Assembly (NCBI RefSeq): GCF_009914755.1
Contig: NC_060928.1
Strand: one strand, 5' to 3'
Length of the DNA: 64,000 bases
Source of the DNA: the human T2T-CHM13v2.0 reference genome, Homo sapiens
Position numbers and translations under genes: made by a program. This document shows, in pieces, positions 28,091 through 42,285 of this stretch (the first letter of the stretch is position 1; each line of letters opens with the position of its first letter). The notes beneath the pieces are model-generated. The model was given only the letters and a program-made list of their open reading frames with translations, did not search any database and was not told the origin of the DNA.

Positions 28091-28421
28091 CAACACTTAA
28101 GCACACTTTCAGATCTGTATGAATCATCATCTCCTGTTGCCAAAGAAACTGTAAATTATCATATTTATTTTTTAATCCTAAAAAATGGTGAGAACATGAT
28201 ATTGTTAGCAAGACTGTCTTAGGAGATAATTTCAATAAAGTTTATTTATGACATTAGTTGTAATACAAGCACCTTACAAGTTTTTAGAATACTTAAATTA
28301 TGACTATCTTGCAGATAAACTCCCTCATGTTAAAATGTACTTTAAAATATTGTTACAGACCCGCTAGTGATCATGTCCTCTATTATTTTTCTCCAAATTT
28401 TAACTTACGTGAAACTCTGTT

Positions 28422-28460
28422 TCTCTCTCTCTCTCTCTCTCTCTCTTTACCTCTCTCTCT
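28422..28460. repeat. (CT)n microsatellite
   Basis: Directly visible. Confidence 0.9.
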
Positions 28461-29329
28461 ATCTTTACCCTATCATTCTTAAGGTAACGTACACATTTTA
28501 AATGAGATATACAATGCACAATTGTGAATACTGTTTACAATCCATTGGATATTAATTTTTTGTCAGTGTATATTTGTATAAACATACTATAAATAATTGA
28601 AATGCTCAATTACACACCTGAGATTTGAAATTCAGAAACTGTCCTTTGAGCACAAAACCATAGTCATTACATGTTTGAAAATAAACAATGCAGCGATAGC
28701 AATTTTACTAAATTAATGTTTGCAAAAAAGAACAGATAAAAAGGTCATATACTATAAAATAGAAAATCATTTGTACAAATCGGAATCAAATACATGAATC
28801 CCAGTGATCCCTCAAAACTTGAAACTGTGATGATACTAACAAGTGAAAATCCTAGGTACTGGCATGTGAGTAGCAAATGAACAGAGGCTCTGGGCTGTTA
28901 ATCCTTAAGGGAATATTCTATAACCTAGTGAGCGTGGGCTCACTATCATCTAGTTATCTTTTTTAATGCTTAACTCTAAACATTAAATGGAACTCTAAAA
29001 TTAAAAAAATGATGAACAAAGAGATGAGTCTTTGCACTGCAAGTTTCACGTAAGTATTTCTTTTTTAACTGGGATTCCTCAAATACTAGCCTAATGTGAC
29101 TGCATATGATTCTTGGTTACTTTTCCAGGCAAAATTAATGAATTTTAACACTTTTTATAAATCTTCAAATTCTATATTTCACTTCTGTAAAATGAGGTTT
29201 TGTTTTATCTGTTTCAGAAGCTATTGATACGACAGTCATTTTCTGGAGGTCAATCACATAGGAGATACTTAAAATTTACAAACAGGAAGTTGCAAGTGAT
29301 TTTTTGTACATTTTAATGATGTATTTTAC

Positions 29330-30225
29330 TTATTTATTTTATTTTTTAATAACTTCAACTTTTATTTTAGATATGGGGGCATATGTGCAGGTTTGTTACA
29401 TGAGCATATTGTGTCATGCTGAAGTTTGGGATACTATCATCCAGAGAGTTAGCATGTTACCCAATAGTTAGTTTTCCAACCCTTGACCTCCTCCCTCCCC
29501 GCTCTAGCAATAACCAGTGTCTATCGTTGTCATCTTTATGTCCATGAGTACCCAATGTTTAGCTCCCACTTCTTATAAGTGAGAACATGCATTATTTGAT
29601 TTTCTGTTACTGCGTTGATTTGCTTAGGATAATGGCTTCCAGCTGCAACCATGTTGCTGCAGAGCGCAAGATTTTGTTCTCTTTTAAGGCTTCCTAACAT
29701 CCCATAGTGTAGATGAATCGAATTTTCTTTATCCAATCTGTCATTGATGGGCATCTAAATTAATTCCATGTCTTTGCTATCGTGAATAGTGCTGCAATGA
29801 ACATATGCATGCATGTGTCTTTTTGGTAAAACGATTCATTTTCCTTTGAGATATATAACCAGTAATGCGATTGCTGGGTTGCATGGTAGGTCTGTTTTAA
29901 GTTCTTTGAGAAATTTCCAGACTGCTTTCCACAGTGGCTGAACTAACTTACATTCCCAGCAACAGTGTGTAAGTATTCACTTTAGTCTGCATCTGTTTTT
30001 TTTTTTTTTTTCTAACTTTTTAATAATGGCCATTCTGACTGATATAAGATAGTATCTCATTGTGGTTTTGATTTCCATTTCTCTGATGATTGGTGATGTG
30101 AAGCATTTTTTCATCTGTTTGTTGGCTGCTTGTATGTCTTCTTTTATGCAGTGTCTGTTCATGTCTTTTGCCCACTTTTTAATGAGGTTGTTTGGTTTTA
30201 CTTGTTGAATTATGTAAGTTTCCTA
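29330..30225 (-). mobile_element. L1PB-like 3' portion
   Basis: Antisense L1 3'UTR plus ORF2 C-terminal peptide (ORF 29977-30162). Confidence 0.85.
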
Positions 30226-30792
30226 AAAATTGTTTCCAGAATTATTATTTATCTTTGAGGGCTCACAGTGTCCTAGGTGTGCCCTGCCAATCTATCTAAC
30301 ATAGTTTGAGTCTTTTTTCTCCCACCCTCACCATGCAAACTCATGTTATGCTCTAGGCAATTGTAACAATCCCCACTCCTTGACATTCCTCAAATAGAGC
30401 AAGTTCTCCACCTGCCTCAGTCCCTTGAACACCTGCAAAAAAACATAGCCAGCTCTCTTTGTATTTCTGTAGAGCCCTTCATTCTTTCAAGATCATCTAT
30501 TGCAATTATACATTTGCTTCTTTGCCTCCCAAATAGCTTATAAATCTTCAAGAAAGGGACCATGTCTTTCATTTGTGTTCTATTTTCTTTTTGTTTTTCA
30601 GACATACACAAGAGTATAAAGAATATTACAAACACCTTGTAACCATCACCTAGCAGAAATGTCATCACAAATCTTATTGAAGCCCTTCCTCTTCTGTTTA
30701 TCCCTTCTCAATCACAGCCCCCTAGTCTCTGAGGAAATAAGTATCTTGAGTTTAGTGTACACCATTCCCATACATGTACTTTCACATTTAGT

Positions 30793-30796
<4 letters not shown>

Positions 30797-30839
<43 letters not shown>
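30797..30839. repeat. (CA)n(TA)n microsatellite within an old L1M remnant
   Basis: Directly visible. Confidence 0.9.
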
Positions 30840-30840
<1 letters not shown>

Positions 30841-31132
30841 TGTGTCACATTTTAAACATTCATATACACAGTATCATACCTTGTATATTTTTCTGACACT
30901 TGCATCTTTTAGCTACTTTGCTGAGGTTTACTCATGGCAATATATCTAGCCCTTTGATTCATTTTTACTGCTTTATAGTATTATATTGGAAGACAAACTT
31001 CACAATATCATCATCGTTTTTCCTCATCCTTATTTTTCTTATTTATAATTTGTCACCGTCACAAGCAATATTGCTACAAATATTCTTGTTCAACACTTGT
31101 AATACAAAGGTATAAGAAGAGTTACTCTAGAA

Positions 31133-31353
31133 CAGAGGTCAGCAAATTTTTTCCATTAAGTGTTAGTCAATAAACATTTTAGAATTTGTGGGCCATATGG
31201 TTAGCATCACAACTATCCAACTCTGCCACTGCAATGTGAAAGCAACCATAGATTGCATAAATGAATGAGCATGGCTATGTTCCAATAAAACTCTGTTTAC
31301 AAATATAGGCAGCTGACAGCTTCTTTCCCATGGGCTGTAGTATGCTGACACTG
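31133..31353. mobile_element. MER58A (hAT-Charlie)
   Basis: cagaggtcagcaaa...gttccaataaaact...tgctgacactg with 8-bp TSD ctctagaa/ccctagac. Confidence 0.88.
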
Positions 31354-31699
31354 CCCTAGACTAAATCTGTAAGTAAGATTACTGGAATTTCGTGTATGTG
31401 CATCTTCAAAATAACAAGATATTTTTAAATTGAAATCCTAAGTGGTGTGTAAATTTATATTCTCACTAGAAGTGTATAAATGTTCTTGTTTATGTACAAC
31501 TTGGTAGAGACAGTATATTTCATTTTAGACATGATTAGTGTGAAATGGGTCATGGTGCAATCACGAGGATTTCTCTGTTAATTAGTAATAAATAATATAT
31601 GTTCATGTTTATTAAAAATTCTAGTTTTCTCCTCTATAAATTATCTGTTCACTTCATCTACTCAGTTTCCTTTTGGGTTGTCTGTCATTTTCTCACAGA

Positions 31700-31960
31700 C
31701 CACTGGGCTCAACTGGCTTTTCTTTCTCTTGACAATGGCAGAAGTACAAAAGAACAAACTCCAATGCACAAGCCCATTTCAAGCTAGTGCTTGTGTAATA
31801 TGTTTTAACAGCCCATTGGCTAAAGCAATTTACATAGTTAAATTGATGGATACTTGGTGTAGTAGGTAACCCCAACTCTCAGTGAGAGGGCACTACAAAA
31901 TGAGATGGGAAAATGTGGCTATAGGAAGGGGTAAAGAACTTGAGCCAGTATTTCATCATT
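31700..31960. mobile_element. Old MaLR LTR fragment (MLT1J/K-like)
   Basis: atggcagaagtacaa...cccattggctaaagcaa motif typical of MLT1 LTRs. Confidence 0.55.
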
Positions 31961-34900
31961 GCAACTGAACAGACTAGGCCTCTGTGAGAGAAAAGTAAAA
32001 GATGTTAGTGAATGAATAAAGAGTTTGAGGTCATCTGAAATTTCAATGAAAGTCACATGAGTCTAATCTCAGGGAAGCAGGTTGGTTATAACTTAGTAAA
32101 TGTAACTATTGTCAACTGTATTATACCTAAATGAAGGGTGAGCCTTTAAGTGGAAGCAGGGTAATCAGCTTAGGACAGCGGCTTACAAAGTAAAGTGTGT
32201 GTATCCATTTGGGTGCAGGAAGAAAATATTAGAATCTCGATTTTTATATATCACTTTAAATATAAAAATAAATGAAGCTTTATAATATGGAACGATATAG
32301 ACATTATTAAGAGTAAGAATGTAAGTAAGTAAATTAAGGTCATGTTTATAAGGCATTCTATGGGAAGAGAAGGCACAACAGCAGGAAATGGGGTAGTGAA
32401 TGCATTTGTCATCAGTGTACCGTGATTGTGCCTAGTTAGGTGAATTTACAATACTTATTTTTGATTAAACTAGCTCTAATGAAAATAGGCAATTGGATTC
32501 AGAAGATTACTGATAAAACACCATGGAAGAAAATAATAATTGTACAAACGAAAGTGGGAAACAAGAAAAAGAAATACCACACTCTGCCTAATATGAGCCC
32601 TACATGATCCAGGTAAAAAAAAATGGTAAACAAATAAACTCTAAAAAAAATTCAAAAAAAAATTTATAATTATCAGTGAGGCTATTTAAAATATGGGTTT
32701 ATGCCCACTGTTTATAAAAATAAGTTTCATCTTAAACACATGTTGTAATTTAAAATACTGGTCAATGATAGTATCAGATCATTGCAAGTAACAAGTCATT
32801 TTAAAAACTAAAAATCTGGAACACAAAGACAAATACCAAAAGTTGATGGGTGGATTTTTAAATATGAACATCATAATTCACTAACCAATAGCCAATGACA
32901 CATTTCTTAAATTTGAATCTATAATAGTTGTAAAGGCAAGTATTAATGTGATATAAATTTAGAATCTTTTAATTGCTGCAACATAATCTATTTAAGAAAA
33001 ATATTAAAAAATATTAAAAATAATAAACCACTTAAACATTAATTACTAGAAATATCATAAAAATTTTAAGTGGGAGCAAAAATAAATGTACTTCTTTGAT
33101 AAATATAATAATTAGTCCTTAAAATAAATATTTATTTTTAAATGTTCACTTTGGTCCATATTTTATATTTTTATATATTAGTGTAAAATATAGGTATAGA
33201 TATATAGATACATAAACAAATATAGCTGACTAACCAGTTTTTGTATGTTTTGTTTTCTAGACTAAAAAGACAGGGAAAGAAGACATTTCAATAAAATAAT
33301 ATTCTTTGCATAGCCACTAAGTACAAGATTTCCAAATAAATTATTTTCATGTGATTCCCTTAAATGCTTGTAAAATGCACAATCTAAGTATTTGAAAAGG
33401 ATATTCTTGAAAAGTGCATTTAAAATTAACTTCAGACTTTCATGAATATATACTAACAGAGTTATTACCTGATTTGTGTTTTATAAGAAATTTACCAAAA
33501 AAATAAAAAACGGTCTAACTCCTTCATACAAACTTAAAGGCTTAGATCCATCAACTGAGACTCTAAAAGAAATTAATAATAAAAGGATGAATTACACAAT
33601 GCATTGGAGAATACACATACAACTAAAGTGCAAATTTAATAAGAAACAAACAAAAAACCGCAAGGATATATCAGCTTGCATGTATCCTATGGCTTATACA
33701 CAGGAGAAGTGAGACTGACTGTTGGGTTACACTGAAGAGTTGAAAAATCCATACACTCCAAGATTTCAAAAATTCCTTACAGGAAATTTAACCCAATTTC
33801 CTCCTTTCACAGATGGGAATATAGATAAATTCAATGAATTTCCTGTTTTCAAGTTTGTTAGTGACAGAACCCAGACAAAGATGCAGTTTCCAGTCAAATG
33901 TTTTTGCCACTACTAAAAATCTCCATTTACAGTAAACTCCTTAAGTGTTATATCCATAATTTGTCCTGGAAACAAGGAAATCACTCTCTATAAACTATTG
34001 CACAGTTTATCATATAAACTTGATTTTAAGGACACATTAACTTAATGAAGGCATCATATTCTTTACTGCCTGACTACATTAATTATAAATCAGTACTTAT
34101 AGCCAATTCCTGAAGAATCTTATCCACTCACTAAAACACAACTAAATTGTAGGACTGTTCCTGGAGTGATTTCTCATTTACTTTGATTTTCTACATTTAT
34201 TTACTTATTACATTATACTCTTGTGGCTAATAAAGGCTAGTCTCCCTTGAGTAAATTCCAATCAGTGTGTTTCTTCTATAATGAAGAACATGTAGTCTAT
34301 GAAGCAGGTATGCAACAATGTAAAAAATATCACTCTTGGAATACACAAGAATAATGAAGCTCGAATACTTTCAGTTGGTACTCAAACGGGGCTAGATAAC
34401 AATTTAGCACAGTATTTGCATTGCAAAAATTGCAAAAACAATGAGAATCTTAAGAACAGATCAGCAAAGGGCCAGTAAACCCAATTAGTACAAGCCTTAT
34501 TATACAAAGAAGTTCACCAAACTACAGTTGCAGAACAACATAGCTACTGCACATTCAAAACATTGTGGAGGTAAGATGTTTGGGCATTCTTTTTGGAACT
34601 AGGGGCCAGGCAAATTTCACTAACAAATTAGAAAATGTTACTAAAGATTCATATTTTAACAGAAGATAATTAAAATATATATAATAGAAGTATTCAATAT
34701 GATTCATAGTTATAGTAGACAGCAATTTACTTTGATATAATATGTGTCATTTAAAATTCATAACATCCTCATTGCATATGCAAAATTATACCAATTTCAC
34801 AAGTGGAAAATACTTCAAAAGCAATATTTACTTAAAAAAAAGACAGAGAGGCAAGATTTGGTCTCAAATTCTGTGTTTCTAAATACCATGGTCTTTTCAT

Positions 34901-35054
34901 TATACCATACATAAAACAACCCTTGAAGGCAGAATATCAGAATAAAATTTCCTTCTTTCATAGATCAATAAATGGACATTACTCATGGCTTATGAGAAGT
35001 TACAGGAAGAACTAAGTTGTAGGGCTGAGACTGGAGTTTTGGAATTTCTGAAAG

Positions 35055-36352
35055 GGGTATTTTCTTCAAAACCTGATGTTGGAAAAACTGAATAGCCATA
35101 TGCACTAGAATTAAATTGGACATCTATCTTATCCCATACACAAAAATCAACTCAAGGCAGACTAAAGACCTAAAGGTAAGACCTGAAACTATAAAACTCC
35201 TAGAAGAGAAGATAGGCTCTTTGACATTGATCTTGGCAATGAGTGTTTTGAACATCACTCCAAAAGCTCAGGCAACAAATGTAAAAATAAACAAGTCGAC
35301 ATACATCAAACTAGAAAGCTTCTGTACAGCAAAGGAAACAATCAACAAAATATAAAGGTAGCCTTATGGATTGGGAGAAAATACTTGCAGATTATATATT
35401 TGATAAGAGATTAATATCCAAAATACATAAGGAATTCACACAACTCAATAGGTAAAGAATCTGAATCGACAGTTCTCCAATAAAAACACAAAATGGTCAA
35501 TAAGTATATAAAGAGGTGCTCAACATCACTAATCATCAAAGAATTACAAATTAAAATCAATATCACCTCACACCTGTTAGGATGGTTATTATCAAAAAGA
35601 CAAGAGATAACGAGTGTTGGCCAGGGTGTAGATAAAAGGGAATCCATGTACACTGTTGGTGGGGATGTAAATTGGTGTATCCATTAGGGAAAACAATATT
35701 GATATTCCTCAAAATGTTAAAAGCAGAATCTTTCTGTTAGGTATATACCCAAGAGAAATGAAATCATGACCTTTAAAGATATTGGCATTCAGATGCTCAT
35801 TGTAGCATTATTCACAATACCCAATATACAAAAACAATCTAAGTGTCCGTCAATGCATGAATAAATTATTTAAACATAATATATATGTACAATGAAATTC
35901 TATTCAGCCTTAGAAAAGGAGATCCCATCATTTGCAACAATATAGATAAACATGGAGGGCATTATACTAAGTAAGATAAGTCAGACGCAGAAGGAAAATA
36001 CTGCATGATCTCACTTACATGTGGAAAAAAGGAAGAGAGAAAGGTACGTTGGTTGTTTGAATACATAGAATAAAATGTTGGCAGTTACTGCGGTGGGATG
36101 TGAAGAGGGAAAAAATGGGGAGGTGTCAATCAAAGGGTATAAAGCTTAGATACATAGGATGAATGTCTACAGATCTAAGGTAAAACATAACGACTATAAT
36201 TATTGTATACTGGAAATGTAAGTGCTCTTACTGGAAAAAAAGTAAACTATGCAAGATGATGGATATGTTAATTTTACTTGACTGTAGTAGCCACTTACTA
36301 TTATAAGTGCACTAAAATATAATGTACATCTTAAATGTGCATAATAAAAAAT
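35055..36352 (+). mobile_element. L1MA-like 3' portion
   Basis: ORF2 C-terminal peptides (ORF 35116-35355) then L1MA 3'UTR ending in aataaaaa. Confidence 0.85.
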
Positions 36353-36439
36353 CTTTTCACAATTAAAACTAACTCAAACACAAAATCAAATAATCATAAT
36401 GATACATATTAAGTAATAAGAAATAGATGTTAAAACACA

Positions 36440-36610
36440 AGTTCTCAAGTCGGGTAGATCAGGGTACCTGGCTTTGAGCAGGTTGGCTAACCTTTCTTTA
36501 TATCAGTTGACTTATCTGTAAAATGGTAAGAAAAATAGAAGTTACTTCCTAGGACTCTTGTAAGGATGAAGTGAGATAATATTTGCAAAGTTCTCAGAAA
36601 ATGGTTGGAC
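36440..36610 (+). mobile_element. MIR
   Basis: atctgtaaaatgg...gtaaggatgaagtgagataata core. Confidence 0.65.
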
Positions 36611-39428
36611 ACCAAGGAAGATAGTCTGGCATAAATCATCTTCAAAAGATCCTTCTCCCTCTCCCCATACTCAACAAAAGGGTGGCCAGACAAGGTAGAG
36701 ACAACCAGCAATTAAAGGTCATAAAGTTCCAGAGGCAGAGGCCACACAGGATACCACAAAGAATGCCATTGGAGAATAAGCCACCTGTGTTTTTGGTGAC
36801 TGCAATAAGGAGGTCACTGAGAAGACATCACAAGTATGCCCCATGGGAGATCCAGTATTCATCCACCAACCATACAAACGGCATATATTGCTAACAGAGA
36901 ACTACCAATAGAACCAGTTCAGTAAAAATGTATGTTCCCGTTTTACTACTCTCCCTTACCATTGCATCAACTTTGAAAAACACAGAAAAAGAAGAGGAAG
37001 AGTAGATCTTGGCCTGTCTCCACAGTATATCCCTTACCTGTGAAAAAGGCATGGAAAAGGACAGAACATCTAGATGGCCTAAGAGACTGATGCTGAAATT
37101 AGTCTGGACTGGACTCTTTAAGCTATGGTATGCACTGAAGCATTGCCGTAATGTGAGAAAGGGAGTTTGAAATAATAAAATCTTGCTGATTTCAGTCACC
37201 TGAATCTCTAAAGCCCTGGGGGTGAAGTAAAAACACTCTCACAGCCTCCAAGGCCCTGCACGATCTCTTCCTCTCTACTTCTCTAGCCACCCTACAATAA
37301 TCCCCCACCACATCCACACACCCACGCCCCAACACATGCACCCCTCTATGCTGCCACAATAATGACATAAGTATGTGTCAGGCCTCTGATTTATCATGCT
37401 GCATTTTACTATGCAAACTCACTAACCTCTGTTGATCAGTCTTCTCTATCCCCTCCCTATATCTGGACAACTTTTATTCCACACTGAGAACAAGAATCGT
37501 GACCACCTTCTTCAATGCTGTGTCACCGGCATCTAAAAAGCTACTTGGAACATAGGAAATAAACAATACTTTGCCCATGAATAAATGAATAAGGGGAGTC
37601 ATTGTAAATTTAATGTAGTATGAAGGATACTGAGCCATAATGTTTCTGATGAGACATAAGAAGAAAGGCATCATTAGCAGAGGCAGATGGCAGAAAAGCT
37701 CTCAGATGTCTTATGGCAGCAATCTGCAAACAATACCCTAATCCTTAAATTCGCAGGTGTCAAGTGACTTTCATTTGTGTGTTTGCACGCGTGCATCTAG
37801 GTAACTATGTTAAACTAATCACCAATATACTTTATAGTTATATAAATAGTTATATTTTATAAAATAGTTATATTTTAACTATAATAGTTATTTTTAAATA
37901 TTGTTGTCTTTTACAGAATGTATATAGTATAATAATTATATTTTAAAGAAAGTCAACACATACCAAAAAAGGCATGCAATTATAATTTGTCTGGTAACAG
38001 AAAGCATCATGTTTTAAAGTATCATTTGGGCATATCGCTATAACTTTTTATGGGGTCACTATGGTCTTCTTAGTCTTTATGGCCTTTATGGTCTGGCTCG
38101 GAATACTTTTCTAACCTAATCTCTCCCAAAATTCCTAAGAGCATTCTAGGCTCCAGTTATACTGAACTTTCACATTTTACTAAACTCAACAAGCTCTTCC
38201 AATTCGTGCTAAAATACTGTTTTTCCATTGTGTAGCTAGCCAATCCTCATTTGTTCTTCTCAGATATCTTTTTTTCCCTAAAAACCGTACCAAACTCCGT
38301 ATCTACCACCCACATCCCCTCTGATACCACATTAATCCATAAATACTTCATTGAAAGCATTATCGTACTGTTTTAAAATGGACTATTTTCCTTAGCTGTC
38401 CTCTAATACCCTGTGAGCAATTTGAGGGCTACACTTACTTATTTCAGTTCCTAACAGGGTGAGAAGCACTGAGTGTATACTTAGGAAATCTCGTTGAAAT
38501 GTACAGACACAAGTTATGCCTTCTAGTAGCTCAGACTGCCATAAAAATAAAAATAAAAAAGTTAGGAAGATTTTCATAAGCCTGTGTACAACATCATTAA
38601 AAAAAAAAAGGTATGAACGCCATGTGGTGGAGCACAGGGATAAAGAGGACTGGTGACTTGGAGTAACCTAGAAAGAAATCAGAAAAAAAAAATTAAATTT
38701 GAACTTGGCTTTGACTAAATCAAATATCTCCATTTGGCAAAGGAGGAGGTAAGCATAACAAGAACAGGAAAAAACATGTGCAAGGCCAGAGAGTTGTTAA
38801 ATATAATGACATGTTCAGGGAACAGTGAGAAGTTCAATGCCATCTTTAAAAATAAAAGCCTCACTGATAGTTATAATGCCGTATAGCTGCTGCCCTCTGT
38901 CTCGCCTCCTCTCTTCAACCACGCTGCTTAAAAATGTTACCTCCACTCTTTCTCTATTTCCTCACCTCCCACTTGCCTCCACCCACCGCAATCTGGTTGC
39001 TTTTACCACAATCAGCAAATACTTCTGTTTTTAATCTAATGACATATTTAAAAACCTTTTCTTGGTTTTACCGTAATAGATGACACAATGTTCCCTCCCT
39101 ACTTTTGTAATGCTCTCTTGTACTGGTATTCTTAAAGTCACAATTTCCTGGTACTGTGAGAAACCATTGCTAAAATCCTCATCATGGGATCTGAGACTTT
39201 TGATGTCTGTCAACTATCTACATGTATTGATATCCCCTAGAAAATATATGGTAGTAGCAACAGTGGATAATATTTATTATTCTTAATCTAGGCATACAAG
39301 TTCTTTGTGGCTTTCCCAAAGACAGCCTCAAAACTTGAAACCTAGGAAAAAAACATGCAACCTCTGAAATTTTTATTTTAAAAATCACTACATGTTCAGA
39401 AATCACAGTTGTTTATTATTTAGTTTTT

Positions 39429-41008
39429 TTTTTCTTTTGTCAACATTTATTTTTGGTTCAGAGAGTACCTGTGCAGGTTTGTTACACAACTAGATTGCAT
39501 GTTGCTGGGGTATGATGTGCAAATTATTTTGTCACCCGGGTAGTGAACACAGTATCCATAGGTAGTTTTTCAACCCTCCCCCTCCCTCTCCATCAAATAA
39601 GCTTCAGTGTCTATTGTTCCTATCTTTCTGTCTATGTGTACTTGATGTTTAGCTCCCACTTACAAGTGAAAACATGTCATATTTGGTTTTCTGTTCCTGT
39701 ATTAATTTGCTTAGGGAAATGGCCTCCAGCTGCATCCATGTTACTGCAAAGGACATAATTTCATTATTTTTTATGGCTGCATAGTTTTCCAAGGTGTACA
39801 CAGACCGCATTTTCTTTATGCAGTCCACCACCGACGGGCATCTAGGTTGATTCCATGTCTTTTCTATTGTGAATTGTGCTGCAATGAACATACATAGTTC
39901 ATATGTCTTTTTGGTAGAACAATCTATATTCTACTAAAAAGTAGAATAGTAATAAGTATATAGTATGTAGTAATAAGCTTGCTGGGTCATATAGTAGTTC
40001 TGTTTTAAGTTCTTTCTGAAATCTCCAAATTGCTTTCCACAGTGGCTAAACTAATTTACATTCCCACCAGCAGTATGTAAGCACTCCTTTTTCTCTGAAA
40101 CTTTGCCAACATGTTAATTTTTTACTTTTTATAATTGCCATCTGACTGAGGTGAGATGGTACCTTGTTGTGGTTTTGATTTGCATTTCTCTAATGATTAA
40201 TGATGTTGAACATTTTTCATATGCTTGTTGCCTCCATGTGTGTCATTTTAAGAAATGTCCTTTCATGTCCTTTTTCCATGTTTTAATGAGATTGTTTGTT
40301 TTTCACTTATGAAGTACTTTATAGATTCTGGCTATTAGACCTTTGTTGGATGCATAGTTCAAAAATAATTTCTCCTATTCTGTAGGTTGTCTGTTTGCTC
40401 TGTTAATAGTTCCCTTTCCCATGAAGAAGCTTTTTAGTTTAGTTAGGTCCCTGTCGTCTATTTTTGTTTTTGTTATAATTGCTTTCAGGGACTTCAACAT
40501 GAAATTGTTGTCAAGGCCTAGGTTCAGAATGGCATTTCCTAGGTTTTCTTCTAGGATTCTTATAGGTTGGGGTCTCACATTTAAGTCTTTAATCCATCTT
40601 GAGTTGATTTTTGTATATTGTGAAAAGAAGGGTCCAGTTTCAGTCTTCTGCATATGGCTAGCCAGTTATCCTAGCACCATTTATTGAATAAGGAGTCCTT
40701 ACCCCACTGCTTGTTTTTGTCGACTTTGTCAAAGATTATCTAGCTATAAGTGCGTGGCTTTATTTCTGGGTTCTCTAGCCTGTTCCATTAATCTATATGT
40801 TTTTGTACCAGTACCATGTTGTTTTGGTTACTGCAGCCTTGTAGGGTAGTTTGAATCAGGGTAGTGTAATGCCTCCAGCTTTGTTCTTTTGCTTAGATTT
40901 GCTTTGGCTATTCAGGCTCTTACTTTGGCTCCCTGTGAATTTTAGGATATTTGAATTTATTTTCCAATTATGTTAAAAGTGATATTGATAGTGTGATAGG
41001 AATAAATC
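39429..41008 (-). mobile_element. L1PA16/L1PB-like 3' portion
   Basis: Antisense 3'UTR and ORF2 peptides (ORFs 39649-39891, 40375-40653). 13-bp TSD ttatttagttttt at 39416-39428 and 41009-41021. Confidence 0.88.
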
Positions 41009-41439
41009 TTATTTAGTTTTTACAAAAGAATGGGGAGGGTGGTAGGGAATACTACTTTGTGACCTTAGAAAACCAAGAAAGCTATGACTGCATGTACTAA
41101 GTTCCTACAACCCTCCTTCCCCAAGAAAGCTAATGAATGGAGTCAAATTACTTCTACCTGCACCCTTCTGGAACAGTTTCCCCACCCCCAGGTGATGTTT
41201 TACTATGCGCAAAACACACGGGTTCATACAGTTACCCAGTTACCAAATAAGCCATCTCACCTTAACTCTACAGAATCCCATTTTGGCAGAGGGCTGTAGC
41301 ACAGATATCTGATGAAAGCACAGCACTGCATCTGATAAGGAATAAGACAGTGGTCTCTGCCTTTTTTTTTTTTTTTTGGATCAAAGCATAGCCTAGCTCA
41401 GAAAATGGAACCACCCTTCATTTTGACAGATACCCACAT

Positions 41440-42285
41440 TTGCTCCTTCTCAGTCTCTTCTTCCATTTTTTTGTCCTCTTCCTGTCCTTTAAATATTGGT
41501 GTTCTAGAGTTTCTGTGAAAGTAAGATGGCTACTTTGTTCTAATCTCTTTCCTTGTAAGATTTTATGTATGCCTATGGTTTCAACCACCATTAGATGGCC
41601 CCCAAGCCATCTGTACTCCAGGCTTCTCTATTGGGCTCCAGATCTATGCCTGCTACCTAGACATCTCCAATTAAAGTCTCAAACTCAACATGTGCAAAAC
41701 ATAAATGTTCATCCCCGAGCAACAGAACAAAGACAAACAAAACTTTTCCTGCTGTGTTCCATATCCCAGTGAATAGTACCACTTTTCACCCAATTCCCCA
41801 AGATGTCATTCTATACTTCTTCTTCCACCCTTATATCCAACAGATCACCAATTCTACCCCACAGAGAACTTTTAAATCTTTTCAGTGCTCTCCATCTTCA
41901 GTTCCACTGCCCTGGGCCAATCCACTTTCATCTCTTGCCTGTAGTAAAACAGATTTCTAACTAGTCTTCCTTTTCCCTATCCTTTAATATAAATTATTGG
42001 ATCATAGAACTCTTACCTTCCTCCGCCTCTTCACCAATCTTATAATATATTTGTGCTTCCCTTAGCATAAAGTCAAATACCTTATCATGTTAAAATACAG
42101 ACTTTCATGTTCTACAAATAGTAAATATGAGTCCATAGATCATAGGAAGATCCCAGGAAACAACTATTTTAAAAAATAATTCAAATGGTTACAATCTAAG
42201 TATCTATAAATCACATTTTGGGGAATATTATTATAAATTCTAGGAGGGTGCTGAAAAATATTTGATGAATGAATGAATGTTCCCA
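41440..42285 (+). mobile_element. L2 remnant
   Basis: cctgctacctagacatctcc...ctcaaactcaacatgtgcaaaac with a tgaatgaatgaatg tail. Confidence 0.6.

Noticed and set aside
33463-33590. 94-nt pseudo-exon (ttcttttag ... CAG|GTAATA)
   Set aside because: Moderate signals of a kind common in long introns.
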